The translations under genes were made by a program, and so were the position numbers. DNA of 64,000 nucleotides, taken from a virus. Position 1 is the stretch's first letter; every line of letters begins with the position of its first letter. Location of the stretch: the IMG/VR virus record IMGVR_UViG_3300045961_000282, positions 1 through 64,000 of that record; one strand, written 5' to 3'. The notes under the pieces are model-generated. The model did not search any database. It was given only the letters and a program-made list of their open reading frames with translations, and was not told the origin of the DNA. Of the stretch, positions 8,696 through 17,341 are shown in pieces.

Positions 8696-8883
8696 CGCTT
8701 GGGTTCCTCTGTCGTTGGCGGGGCAACCAGTAGGGTCGCGCGGTAGGTCGGTTCCGACGGGCAGCCGTTGGCCGCGCACCACTTGGCCAGCCGTCGCGCG
8801 GCGATGTCCGGCGGGAAACCGCGGCCATCCGGGGCGACCTGCACAACTCGACCACACAGGCGGCATGTCTGCGTGGCCATCAC
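8692..8883 (-). CDS. small Cys-containing protein
   Basis: MMATQTCRLCGRVV...WCAANGCP; zinc-ribbon-like. Confidence 0.4.
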   Translation of the reverse strand: MMATQTCRLCGRVVQVAPDGRGFPPDIAARRLAKWCAANGCPSEPTYRATLLVAPPTTEEPKR

Positions 8884-9146
8884 AGGGCCTCATCGAACAC
8901 GGCAAGGACGCGCTGGTATCCGATGACTCCCAACCCACGGGGCAACGCCTCCACCTTCGCCCGCAGGTCTGCGCGGGTGGCCTCCACGATCCGCACTCGT
9001 TCCTCCAGCGTGAGCCCCGGCCCCTCGCGGACAGCGCGCCCCCGTTCGTCGGCGCGGATGCGGGCCACCCGTTCGCAGTCGCAGAACCGCGTCAGGTCGT
9101 CGGGCAGGAACTCCTGCGAGATGCACATCAGGTCGTGGTCACTCAT
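8880..9146 (-). CDS. paralog family member (Cys-type N-term MSDHDLMC/FCDCERVA plus DLRAKVEAL)
   Basis: Shared motifs with array members; ATGA coupling. Confidence 0.55.
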   Translation of the reverse strand: MSDHDLMCISQEFLPDDLTRFCDCERVARIRADERGRAVREGPGLTLEERVRIVEATRADLRAKVEALPRGLGVIGYQRVLAVFDEAL

Positions 9147-9472
9147 CGCCCTGATCTCCTCAGTTCATCCAGCACGGAATCGTGCGCCGACTTCCACACG
9201 TCCCGGATCAGCGCGTCGGCGGGCCGGGCGCGGTCGTCCGGGTCCGGCCCCTCGTGCATCCATGCGAGCAGGTGGAACGAGTCCATCCCGAGGAACGGCG
9301 GCGTGAGGTCTCGGGCGGCTGCCGCAGCGTCCTCCGCCCGTTGCCGCTCGCGCTCCACCACGCGAGCGATCAGGGCGCAGACGCATCCGAACTCGTGTGC
9401 ATAGCACAGCGGGTCATGGGCGAGTGTCTGCGACAGGTACTCGTCCCGCACCCACTTCTTGTCGGCGCTCAC
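9143..9472 (-). CDS. paralog family member (HDPLC...CVCALIARVVERER)
   Basis: Motif CxCALIARVVERER shared with 9469..9792. Confidence 0.5.
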   Translation of the reverse strand: MSADKKWVRDEYLSQTLAHDPLCYAHEFGCVCALIARVVERERQRAEDAAAAARDLTPPFLGMDSFHLLAWMHEGPDPDDRARPADALIRDVWKSAHDSVLDELRRSGR

Positions 9473-9792
9473 GGCTGGGCCTCCTCATCGAGCAGGGCGA
9501 GAACGGCATCAACACGCACCGTATCGATCACCTTGCCTGACGGCACCCACCCGGTGCCGTTCAGCCACTCGTACTCCATGCGCACCGCGTGGGCGGGCAG
9601 CATCACCACCTTTGCCCGCAGGTCGGCGAGGCGTTCTCGTGCAGCATCTAACTCTGAGTTGAGGCGGTGAACTTCACGCGAGCAGTGCTCGCGCTGCTCC
9701 CGCTCGCGCTCCACCACGCGGGCGATCAGGGCGCAGGTGCACTGCAAGGTCAGCGCGGACGCAGCCGGACACGGGGCGTCATGTGCGTTCAC
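9469..9792 (-). CDS. paralog family member (hybrid: CTCALIARVVERER, ADLRAKV, LALLDEEAQP)
   Basis: Both subfamily motifs present in one protein. Confidence 0.55.
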   Translation of the reverse strand: MNAHDAPCPAASALTLQCTCALIARVVEREREQREHCSREVHRLNSELDAARERLADLRAKVVMLPAHAVRMEYEWLNGTGWVPSGKVIDTVRVDAVLALLDEEAQP

Positions 9793-10037
9793 TGGGCACC
9801 ACCCATGAACGAACGAGCGATCTGCTCAGCGACATCCAGCCCGTCGAGGTACCACTGGTCAGCCGTTGTCGGGCGCTCGCCGAACTCGGCCTTGTCGGAC
9901 TGGTACCGGGCGTCGATGGCCGCCGCGATCTCCTCGGCGACAGCGGCGCGGATAGCAGCGACGCGCTCGCAGTCGCAGAACGCCGGGTTGGTCCACGACG
10001 GGTCAGCGCAGCGGCACATGGGGTCGTGGTCACTCAC
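9789..10037 (-). CDS. paralog family member (Cys type: MSDHDPMCRC...FCDCERVAAIRA)
   Basis: Motif shared with 8880..9146 and 13196..13507. Confidence 0.5.
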   Translation of the reverse strand: MSDHDPMCRCADPSWTNPAFCDCERVAAIRAAVAEEIAAAIDARYQSDKAEFGERPTTADQWYLDGLDVAEQIARSFMGGAQ

Positions 10038-10234
10038 CGCTGGGCCTCATCGAGCAGGGCGAGGACGTCGGAGCGGAGCAGCAACTCGCTCCCGAGAACC
10101 TCCCACGACGGCAGTGCCTCCACCTTCGCCCGCAGGTCGGCGTAAACGCGGGCGATCAGGGCGCACTGGCAGTCGGGGTCGAAGGGATGGTCACGATTGG
10201 GCTTCCACGGACACAACGGATGGTGGGTGGTCAC
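10034..10234 (-). CDS. paralog family member, small hybrid (HHPLC...CQCALIARV, ADLRAKVEAL, LALLDEAQR)
   Basis: GTG start with GTGA overlap at 10231-10234. Confidence 0.45.
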   Translation of the reverse strand: MTTHHPLCPWKPNRDHPFDPDCQCALIARVYADLRAKVEALPSWEVLGSELLLRSDVLALLDEAQR

Positions 10235-10707
10235 GGCCGGGCCTCCTCGTCGCGTGGCGCGATGGCGGAGCATGCGTACCCGTTCCCGGCGAGGCTGTGA
10301 TCGATCGTGTGATCCGACCACCAGTGGCCGTACTCCTCGTCGTCGTGCGGGTCCAGCCGTTCACACTGGTACCCCCCGGACTCCCGGTACTCACAGACGA
10401 ACCGGACGGACCGGTCGGCCACCGGGCACCGGTACGGGCGCTCTCCAGCCTCCTCATCGAACAAGGCGAGGACCCATCTCAGTGCTGCGTTGGAGTGCTC
10501 GTGGGTCGTCGGCAGCAGTGCCTCCACCTTCGCCCGCAGGTCGAGCAGGATCTCCTCCCGAAGGCACGCGCGGGTCACCTCGACCATCTCGCCTTGGATG
10601 ATCGGCTGGACGGTGTCGTAGACGGCAGCGATGATCTCCCGATCCGGGTGGTCGAATTTCCCCACGGCCTGCATCGCGGCGTCGATAGCACGCTCGCGGG
10701 CCGTCAT
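10231..10707 (-). CDS. paralog family A variant with C-terminal Cys/His-rich extension
   Basis: MTARERAIDAA, LDLRAKVEAL, LALFDEEAGE. Confidence 0.55.
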   Translation of the reverse strand: MTARERAIDAAMQAVGKFDHPDREIIAAVYDTVQPIIQGEMVEVTRACLREEILLDLRAKVEALLPTTHEHSNAALRWVLALFDEEAGERPYRCPVADRSVRFVCEYRESGGYQCERLDPHDDEEYGHWWSDHTIDHSLAGNGYACSAIAPRDEEARP

Positions 10708-11150
10708 GGCTTGGCCTCCTCATCGAACAGGGCGAAGACCTCATTGCGTTCGATCAGGGCGAATGTCGTCAACTCTCCGTCGATCATGCGCGCTCCAGTG
10801 CCGCGCGTCCGCAGCCCCTCCACCTTCGCCCGCAGGTCGGAGAGGCGGTCCTCCGCTCTGGCCGCGTCTGCCTGAGCAAGCCCCAGCGCCTCTACCGCTT
10901 CATCGCCGCGCCGCTGTTCGTCGGCGCGGATGATCGGCTCGGTTGCCGCGAGGACAGCCGCCGCGCGGCCCCGCGCCCAGTGGACCGCTGAGCACTCCCT
11001 CTCGGATTGATTGGCGAACGGCGCCCACTCGTCAACGAACAGGGTCGATTTGTGCGCCACGCAGACGTCTCCGAACCGCTTGCACGGGTTGTCGGTTCCT
11101 AGCAGGGCGTTCGCTCCAGCCTCAATGGCCCGCTCTCGGGCGCCGCTCAT
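10704..11150 (-). CDS. paralog family A member
   Basis: MSGARERAIEAG, EPIIRADE, SDLRAKVEGL, ALFDEEAKP. Confidence 0.55.
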   Translation of the reverse strand: MSGARERAIEAGANALLGTDNPCKRFGDVCVAHKSTLFVDEWAPFANQSERECSAVHWARGRAAAVLAATEPIIRADEQRRGDEAVEALGLAQADAARAEDRLSDLRAKVEGLRTRGTGARMIDGELTTFALIERNEVFALFDEEAKP

Positions 11151-11686
11151 CGTCCAACCTCGCAGTCGTACCGTTCCTCGTCCTTGATCCACACGCAGTT
11201 CTCATGCGTGTGCACGTAGTCCGGATTGTCGGCCTTCCCATCCAGCAGGGCGTCGATGGCCTCTGCCTCACGGCTGTCCCGCGGGTAGTCGCCAGCCTCC
11301 CCGCCCAACTCATCGAGCAGTTCAAGGGCCTTGGACTTCCAGCAGTCGCACGCTCGGCGCCGCCGACGGAGATCGCGCGGGCTGGCCCACGAGGCACACT
11401 CGTCCTCGCACAGTTCGCTCTGGATCTTCGTCCGCAGGTCGGTGAGGAATCCCTCGATCACCCGCGAGCACATGTGCGTCGCATCCGCCCTCCCCCGTTC
11501 ATCGGCTCGGATGATCGGCTCAGCGCCATCGAGAACCATACGCGCGATGCAGTCCGGGCAGTCCGCGACGCTTTGCGGATCCCATGTTCCCGCGCCGTGC
11601 TCGGGGATCATGCACTTCTCCCTGCGCCATCGCGCGGCGAGGTTGCTCGCCCCGGCCTCGACGGCGCAAACGCGGGCGTCGCTCAT
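11147..11686 (-). CDS. paralog family A variant, Cys-rich
   Basis: MSDARVCAVEAG, EPIIRADE, TDLRTKIQ; many Cys pairs; GGGAAGGG RBS. Confidence 0.5.
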   Translation of the reverse strand: MSDARVCAVEAGASNLAARWRREKCMIPEHGAGTWDPQSVADCPDCIARMVLDGAEPIIRADERGRADATHMCSRVIEGFLTDLRTKIQSELCEDECASWASPRDLRRRRRACDCWKSKALELLDELGGEAGDYPRDSREAEAIDALLDGKADNPDYVHTHENCVWIKDEERYDCEVGR

Positions 11687-11770
11687 TTCCGACCCTTCCC
11701 TGCTAGGAACTTCTGGTACGGGTGCCACGGCCCTGCCGAGTACCGGCGCGATGCCATCAGCGCCAACCGG

Positions 11771-12250
11771 TCATGTCGCGTCATCGATGGCTCCGTCATC
11801 AAGCAGGGAAAGGAGGTCATCGACAGCCGCGCGATAACCGACATTCCAAGGGCCAATCCCCTCTGACGCGGTCACCTTCGGCAGCGCCTCCACCTTTGCC
11901 CGCAGATCGGCAACGACGGTGCGACGGACTCCGACTTGGTAGTCGGCGTACACCTGTTCATCGACTGCGCGCCAAGCGCGAAATGCATCGTCAAGGATGA
12001 TCCGCTCGACCGCGTCAAGGACGGTGACGGCGATGGCCCGACGATCCCAGCCACCCTTGAACGTCGCCATCGCCTCCGACCCGGCCTCGATGGCCCGCTC
12101 GCGTGCATCGCCCATCGTCGATCTCTCCGCTCGACCGTCCTGCTCAGGCACGGGCCCCGGCCACGGCACCTCACCGAGCACCGGGCACCGGCCATCGCCG
12201 ACCAGACAGCCGTCCGGCATGCAGTCCATGTGGAGCCGAAGGTCACTCAT
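11771..12250 (-). CDS. paralog family member (Cys-type N-terminus fused to family A body)
   Basis: MSDLRLHMDCMPDGC... then MGDARERAIEAG ... ADLRAKVEAL. Confidence 0.5.
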   Translation of the reverse strand: MSDLRLHMDCMPDGCLVGDGRCPVLGEVPWPGPVPEQDGRAERSTMGDARERAIEAGSEAMATFKGGWDRRAIAVTVLDAVERIILDDAFRAWRAVDEQVYADYQVGVRRTVVADLRAKVEALPKVTASEGIGPWNVGYRAAVDDLLSLLDDGAIDDAT

Positions 12251-12599
12251 CGCCAGTCTCCTTGTCCAGCAGGGCGAGGACTTCGCGCAGGGCCACAGCC
12301 GCACCCACGTCGAACGTGTCGTGCGACACCACATACTCGGCGTCGCGTTCTTCAAGCAGTGCCTGCACCTTCGTCCGCAGGTCGGCGTAGATGTGGGCCC
12401 GAGATTCGATCTCGATCGTGGCTGCCAACTCCTCTGCCCACATGCTGCGGCGCTGACGGGAGAGCACGGCCTCCCGCTCGTCGGCGCGGATCACCGGCTC
12501 GGCGGCTTCGACGGCGGCTTCGACTCCGCCACGGATGTCGCTTGCCTTCAACCACGCTTGCCATCCAGCCTCGATGGCGTCGTCGCGGGCGTCGCTCAT
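12243..12599 (-). CDS. paralog family A member
   Basis: MSDARDDAIEAG, EPVIRADE, ADLRTKVQAL, LALLDKETGDE. Confidence 0.55.
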   Translation of the reverse strand: MSDARDDAIEAGWQAWLKASDIRGGVEAAVEAAEPVIRADEREAVLSRQRRSMWAEELAATIEIESRAHIYADLRTKVQALLEERDAEYVVSHDTFDVGAAVALREVLALLDKETGDE

Positions 12600-12811
12600 G
12601 TCAGGGCATCCTCTCGGGCACGACGGTTCTGCACGACGGTGAGCCGGAATGCCACGTTCAGTGGCAGGTCGGACGTGAACTGGCCCAGTGAGATGACCCC
12701 CACCAGACCGGAGAAAATCTCCGCCGATCCGACCAGTACGCCCCACTGGGCGCGACGCAGGAACGGCCTGCTGTGTGCGTGCCGCCACGTGGGCGTGAGC
12801 AGGCCCTTCAC
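12596..12811 (-). CDS. small membrane protein
   Basis: Hydrophobic WGVLVGSAEIFSGLVGVISLGQF; ATGA overlaps both sides. Confidence 0.4.
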   Translation of the reverse strand: MKGLLTPTWRHAHSRPFLRRAQWGVLVGSAEIFSGLVGVISLGQFTSDLPLNVAFRLTVVQNRRAREDALT

Positions 12812-13203
12812 GACTCCTCGCCCTTTTCCGGTACCACGCCAGACCCCTCATCGAGCATCGCGAGGACGCTGGCTAGGGAGCAGCAGCACGACAGCGCATA
12901 CGGCGCGTACGACAGGTAGCACGCCTCCGGGTGCTCTAGCCCGTCCACCTTCGCCCGTAGGTCGGCGAGGAGGGTCTCGCGGGCCTCGCGCTCCAGTTCG
13001 GGGAGCGAGCGCCGCCAGACCTCGCCGTCGATCTTGACCTGCGCGATCTGCTCGTCGGCGCGGATGATCGGCTCGACGGCGGCGAGAATCGTCTCCGCTG
13101 TCTCATACGCCTCCGCGATCGTCTGGCTGACGTAGTTGTCGCGGCGTCCGGAAAGCCACGCCCTCGCTCCGGCCTCGATGGCCTGCTCGCGTGCGTCACT
13201 CAT
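12808..13203 (-). CDS. paralog family A member
   Basis: MSDAREQAIEAGARA, EPIIRADE, ADLRAKVDGL. Confidence 0.55.
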   Translation of the reverse strand: MSDAREQAIEAGARAWLSGRRDNYVSQTIAEAYETAETILAAVEPIIRADEQIAQVKIDGEVWRRSLPELEREARETLLADLRAKVDGLEHPEACYLSYAPYALSCCCSLASVLAMLDEGSGVVPEKGEES

Positions 13204-13507
13204 GATCGACCACCTCCCACTCTCCAACCAACCGTCGCTCGATGCGCAGGTTTGGTTTGCCCCCGGAGTGCCGAGCACCCATGCGAACGATCTTCAGTCC
13301 GCGCAGGGCCTCCTCGAATGTCCTGAGCCTGCCTGCCACTCGACGCTCGTGGCCACCGTCCATCTTTGGGTCGCCGTCATAGACGATCTCGTACTCCCAC
13401 GCCTGCGTGGCGTCGGCCTTGGCCCGCTCGTCGTCGAGAGCGATTGGGGCGCACTCGCACCACTGCTCTGGTACATGACACTGGCACATCGGGTCGGGAT
13501 CACTCAT
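13196..13507 (-). CDS. paralog (Cys-type N-term MSDPDPMCQCH...WCECAP) with C-terminal W-E-V domain
   Basis: C-terminal NLRIERRLVGEWEVV resembles the C-terminus of 15576..16172. Confidence 0.5.
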   Translation of the reverse strand: MSDPDPMCQCHVPEQWCECAPIALDDERAKADATQAWEYEIVYDGDPKMDGGHERRVAGRLRTFEEALRGLKIVRMGARHSGGKPNLRIERRLVGEWEVVDHE

Positions 13508-13871
13508 CTCCGACCTCCTGCTCGAAGAGGGCGAGAACGGCGTCAAAACCGTCCGTGCGCCCGTTGTGCCACGTCGGAATGATGGCGTCCATGTGCCCAC
13601 CGCTGGCCTGCCTGCGGCTGGCGACGGACTCCTCGCGCAGCACTTCCACCTTCGCCCGTAGATCGGCGAGGACGTCACGCTGAGCGCTGTTCCGAGCATC
13701 GTGGACGACTTGCGTCCACTCGGGCAGCGTCATCCGTTCCCGCTCGTCGGCGCGGATGATCGGTTCTGCTGCGTCGATGACGGCAGCGAGGACTGCTGGA
13801 AGATCGAACGGGCTCAGGCCCGACACTGCCCTCGCCCCGGCCTCGATGGCCTGCTCGCGTGCGTCACTCAT
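13500..13871 (-). CDS. paralog family A member
   Basis: MSDAREQAIEAGARA, EPIIRADE, ADLRAKVEVL, LALFEQEVGDE. Confidence 0.55.
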   Translation of the reverse strand: MSDAREQAIEAGARAVSGLSPFDLPAVLAAVIDAAEPIIRADERERMTLPEWTQVVHDARNSAQRDVLADLRAKVEVLREESVASRRQASGGHMDAIIPTWHNGRTDGFDAVLALFEQEVGDE

Positions 13872-14106
13872 TTCCAACCTCCAGAGGCTCGTTGCCCTTC
13901 GGGTCCCATGGCCGGTGCCAGCGGACGCCCATCCAGAGGAATCCCTTGCACTGCTTCGGGTTCTTCCGGGTGCCTTTGCCGCCGAACTGGCAGCCGCGCT
14001 CCGGATAGACCCCGTGACATCCGTTCTCGTCGTGGCGGAACGCCATGTGCCCGCAGTCGTCGCAGAGCGCGCCGGGGCCGTACGGCTGCTCGGGTGCGTC
14101 ACTCAT
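13864..14106 (-). CDS. small Cys/His-rich protein
   Basis: MSDAPEQ...CDDCGHMAFRHDENGCHG...C...C; zinc-binding-like. Confidence 0.45.
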   Translation of the reverse strand: MSDAPEQPYGPGALCDDCGHMAFRHDENGCHGVYPERGCQFGGKGTRKNPKQCKGFLWMGVRWHRPWDPKGNEPLEVGNE

Positions 14107-14401
14107 TGCCAGCCTCCTCATCGAACGCGGCGAGAACTTCGGCGCGGTTCACCGCTGGCTCAGAGCCCATGTTCCATGTCAGCAGCCCCTCCACCTTCGC
14201 TCGCAGATCAGCGAGTAGGGCAGCACGCTCCCGTGGGTACAGGTCTACCCATTCCGCCATTTGCTCCCGCTCGTCGGCGCGGATGATCGGATCGATGGCT
14301 TCGTTGAGCATCTCGGCCAGCGCGCCGTCACCGATGGTCTTGTCGAACCGGGCAACTTCCAGCACGCGGCGCAGGGCGGTCAGTGGATCGCGGTCGGTCA
14401 T
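14099..14401 (-). CDS. paralog family A member
   Basis: EAIDPIIRADE, ADLRAKVEGL, FDEEAGNE; ATGA coupling. Confidence 0.55.
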   Translation of the reverse strand: MTDRDPLTALRRVLEVARFDKTIGDGALAEMLNEAIDPIIRADEREQMAEWVDLYPRERAALLADLRAKVEGLLTWNMGSEPAVNRAEVLAAFDEEAGNE

Positions 14402-14661
14402 GGTTTTCCCTCGGCAATCATTGCGGCCCACTCCGTGTCGTTGGCGAAATCGGAGGGAGTCTCCGCGTCGAGACGCAGGGGACGCCTGCGGTCCGGGTCG
14501 GCTGCGACGGCCCGGATCTCTGCGGCGATCTGCGCGCGCAGAGCCTTCTCCACCACGTCGACCACGGCCAGCCATGGGGTGTCACGATCCATGACGCGGC
14601 TCTTGGGGAAGTCGAGGTAGGCCCGGCGCGCCGCCGCCGCGACCTGCTCTCGTGTCGTCAT
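14398..14661 (-). CDS. hypothetical protein
   Basis: MTTREQVAAAARRAYLDF...; ATGA overlaps. Confidence 0.45.
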   Translation of the reverse strand: MTTREQVAAAARRAYLDFPKSRVMDRDTPWLAVVDVVEKALRAQIAAEIRAVAADPDRRRPLRLDAETPSDFANDTEWAAMIAEGKP

Positions 14662-14999
14662 TTGACATCTCCGATCAGGTGTTCGGACAACGCGCGGGCC
14701 AAGGGTTCGATGTCGGCCGCCAGCGATTGGGGGATCCCATTCACGAACCAGTCGGCGTATACATCGGGCACGAATGTGCAGTTCTTCGGGTCGTCGCATT
14801 CATGGGCATCGAAGGCGTCCGCGCCCTCCTGTGCGAGGTCGCGCATGATCGCCGTGAGCCGCTCGGGGGACACGATCTCGCGGAGCGCCGCGTTCACGAC
14901 CTCCACCGACACGTCGATGGCGGGCCACCGCCGCCAGTCACCCGAGTGCCGATCCAGCGCCCGCGCCCCCGCAGCGTATCCGTCCTGTCGGGCTGTCAT
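14658..14999 (-). CDS. hypothetical protein
   Basis: Real part MTARQDGYAAGARALDRH...; the 300-aa table ORF upstream is a shadow frame. Confidence 0.45.
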   Translation of the reverse strand: MTARQDGYAAGARALDRHSGDWRRWPAIDVSVEVVNAALREIVSPERLTAIMRDLAQEGADAFDAHECDDPKNCTFVPDVYADWFVNGIPQSLAADIEPLARALSEHLIGDVK

Positions 15000-15162
15000 G
15001 CCTGTCCCCCTCTGGTGCGATAACGCAAACGGTTCATGTGGGCACGTTGCACGGCGCGGCGCCTGACGGTCCAGACCCAGAACACCGTCTTGGGCCGGGC
15101 ATCGTCCGGCTCGCGCCACGGAATGACGATCGCGACGCTGCCCCGTCGCTGGTAACGGAAGG

Positions 15163-15594
15163 TCACGGCTGGGCCTCCCCGAGCATGTCGCTGACCATTT
15201 CGAGCGCGGCCACGTAGCCCGCCGCGAACTGCGCCGCGGGCTCGGGGGCGTCGCCGTGCGAATGTGGGCGCAGCGCCTCCACCTTCGCCAACAGGTCGCC
15301 AATGAGTTCGCGGCGGACGTGTGTGGGCAGGTGGTCGATGTGGTTCTCAAGTTCCTCGATGGTCCCTCGGGCACGCGCCCGCTCCTCGTCGCGAGCAATC
15401 GCCCAGACGGCATCGACGACGGCACCCGCCAACGCATCGCGCGCGATGGGGAGCAGGGACAGGGCGCCCAACACCCCACCCGCAGCCTCGATGGCGCGCT
15501 CACGGGCCGGGGCCGCGATGGGTTGTGGGGTGCAGTCGCTGCACGGGCAGTAGGTGCCATGGCCGACGCTGTACGTCACGACTGCACCTCCCAC
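15163..15594 (-). CDS. paralog family A variant
   Basis: ARERAIEAAGG, GDLLAKVEAL. Confidence 0.5.
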   Translation of the reverse strand: MGGAVVTYSVGHGTYCPCSDCTPQPIAAPARERAIEAAGGVLGALSLLPIARDALAGAVVDAVWAIARDEERARARGTIEELENHIDHLPTHVRRELIGDLLAKVEALRPHSHGDAPEPAAQFAAGYVAALEMVSDMLGEAQP

Positions 15595-16172
15595 GGCCCG
15601 ACGACGCGGCGCTCGATGCGCAGGTTGACCTTGGGGTCGTGCGTGCTGCGCAGAACCACGCTGTCATACGCGGCGCGCGCATTCGACAGTGTGGTGAACG
15701 GACCGCCGATCTGGCGGCGGGCGTAACTGCCGTCCATCCGTGGGTCGCCGTCGCAGACGATGACCCACTCCTGCTGCACGGTGGCCGAAGGGCTGGCCGC
15801 ATCGAGGGGGCCGAACAGGACTTCGGCGATGCCGACGACGTAGCCCGCGGCGTGCATCCGCTGGCCGTAACCATACGGATCCTCGCGCATGTCCTCGACC
15901 GGCTTCAGTGCGTCCCGCTTGCCCTTGGCCTCGGTCAGCATCTCGTCGACCTTCCCCTGAAGGTTGGCCAGCAGGGTGGTCTGAATGGCCGAGCGCATCC
16001 GCGGCCACGTCGACTCGGCGGCGCGCCGCCCCTCTTCGTAGAAGGTCGGCTCCACGATGTCGATCACCGCGTCGGCCATGTCGCCAAAGGTCGCCGCATC
16101 CCCCTTCGCGTCGATCACGCGCATCAGCGCCTTGATGCTGCGGGCGCGCGCGTTTCTGCGGGCGGTGCTCAT
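15576..16172 (-). CDS. paralog family A variant with C-terminal W-E-V domain
   Basis: DAVIDIVEPTFYEEGRRAA, LLANLQGKVDEML, C-terminal NLRIERRVVGPWEVQS. ATGA overlap at 16169-16172; N-terminal 220 aa of the table ORF rejected as off-frame. Confidence 0.5.
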   Translation of the reverse strand: MSTARRNARARSIKALMRVIDAKGDAATFGDMADAVIDIVEPTFYEEGRRAAESTWPRMRSAIQTTLLANLQGKVDEMLTEAKGKRDALKPVEDMREDPYGYGQRMHAAGYVVGIAEVLFGPLDAASPSATVQQEWVIVCDGDPRMDGSYARRQIGGPFTTLSNARAAYDSVVLRSTHDPKVNLRIERRVVGPWEVQS

Positions 16173-16474
16173 GCGTCCCCTCCGGTGTACTTCTTGAGTC
16201 GTTCGTTCTGGCTGCGGCCAAGGTTCGGGCACCCATCCCGTCGGTGCTTGGCCACCCCGCTGTTGGACACGAACCGCGCCCCGCATGTCTGGCAGGCGCA
16301 CGGGTGCCCCCCCAGATGGCGGGCCTGCCACAGCATCGGCCGCTCCACGCCGTCGTAGCCGGTGGCGCCACAGGTCAGGCAGGACACTCGCGCGCTCTGG
16401 CCGAGGTACGCGAACTGGTCGCGCCATCCCTCGGGCGGGTTGAGCATGATGCGCCGGGCATCGACGTCCCTCAT
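16169..16474 (-). CDS. zinc-finger-like protein
   Basis: CLTCG...HPCACQTCGARF...H...C pattern. Confidence 0.45.
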   Translation of the reverse strand: MRDVDARRIMLNPPEGWRDQFAYLGQSARVSCLTCGATGYDGVERPMLWQARHLGGHPCACQTCGARFVSNSGVAKHRRDGCPNLGRSQNERLKKYTGGDA

Positions 16475-16884
16475 CGCTCCCCCTCCCGACCGGGGATGTT
16501 GGCCAGCAGCCACCTGACGACGGCCCGGTCGTGGATCCACCAGTCGTAGAGACTGTTGCTCGACAGGTCGAGGGCAACCACGGCCTCAACAGGGGAGTCG
16601 AACCACCGGATCTGGTTACGCAGGTCGTAGCACAGCGACACCATCTCCGACCAGTCGGCAGAGTCGTCGTCCGGGAACGGAGTCGCGGCCTCGAAGGCGT
16701 CGCAGCCCGAGCACGACCCGTACCCGATGACGCTGATGCCGAACCGATCTCCGTCGGACAGGATGTAGACCTCGTCGCCCTGCCACGAACCGAACCGCTC
16801 CGAAGCGGTGATCTCATAGCCCCACGACGCGACAAGACCCCCCAGCGAGGGGTCCACCTCGTACCAGTCAGGCTTCGAAATCAC
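16471..16884 (-). CDS. hypothetical protein
   Basis: MISKPDWYEVDPSLGG...; protein-like composition. Confidence 0.5.
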   Translation of the reverse strand: MISKPDWYEVDPSLGGLVASWGYEITASERFGSWQGDEVYILSDGDRFGISVIGYGSCSGCDAFEAATPFPDDDSADWSEMVSLCYDLRNQIRWFDSPVEAVVALDLSSNSLYDWWIHDRAVVRWLLANIPGREGER

Positions 16885-16902
16885 CCATGAAGCATAGCAC
16901 GG

Positions 16903-17193
16903 TCATGTGTCAGGACAGACACACGGCAGGTCGCAGACGTGCCTGTCCCGCTCGTCGGTGCGGATCTTGGCCTCAAGGCGCTGCAGCCACCCGTCGCAGA
17001 TGTGCTCGCCCCACGACGCAAGGTCATGGTTGATCGTTCCGATCGTCGCCGACAGCCCCGCCACCGCGTCGTGGGCCTCGCACATCGGGATCGCCCACTC
17101 CAAGTCCTCCGCCGGGTTGCGGCAGCCCGGGACGGCGCAGGGGACTTCTTCAGGCATCCTCGACCAGCCGCCGGATCGCCACCAGCACGTCAC
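16903..17193 (-). CDS. Cys-rich hypothetical protein
   Basis: CAVPGCRNP...CEAH...CDGW...CDLPCVCP. Confidence 0.45.
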   Translation of the reverse strand: MTCWWRSGGWSRMPEEVPCAVPGCRNPAEDLEWAIPMCEAHDAVAGLSATIGTINHDLASWGEHICDGWLQRLEAKIRTDERDRHVCDLPCVCPDT

Positions 17194-17341
17194 CTAAGGC
17201 GTCGACTGCACCGTTGCAATACTCCGCTGGCTGACGGTCGTTGAGGCGCCGGTTGCGCCACACATCGCGCAGCAACTCGACCTGCACCTGTACCTCGGTG
17301 AACGCGTCGTCGCGGGCGACGATTGCCTTGTCAATCTCCAC
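17150..17341 (-). CDS. small hypothetical protein
   Basis: ORF with balanced composition. Confidence 0.35.
   Translation of the reverse strand: MEIDKAIVARDDAFTEVQVQVELLRDVWRNRRLNDRQPAEYCNGAVDALGDVLVAIRRLVEDA

Noticed and set aside
9667-10875. 402-aa plus-strand ORF across the paralog array
   Set aside because: Antisense shadow of multiple well-supported minus-strand genes; no conserved motifs.
11687-11771. 33-aa ORF MTRHDRLALMASRRYSAGPWHPYQKFLAGKGRK between two array genes
   Set aside because: No RBS of its own and it overlaps the upstream gene end; the segment more likely provides the GGGAAGGG RBS for 11147..11686.
8880-16172. Possible CRISPR array or satellite, suggested by the roughly 300-450-bp periodicity
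   Set aside because: The periodicity comes from coding paralogs with diverged sequences; there are no short identical direct repeats separated by unique spacers.
15576-16835. 419-aa minus-strand ORF
   Set aside because: Only the C-terminal 198 aa (15576..16172) look protein-like and carry family motifs. The N-terminal part is Arg/Gly-rich and overlaps the zinc-finger gene 16169..16474 in another frame.
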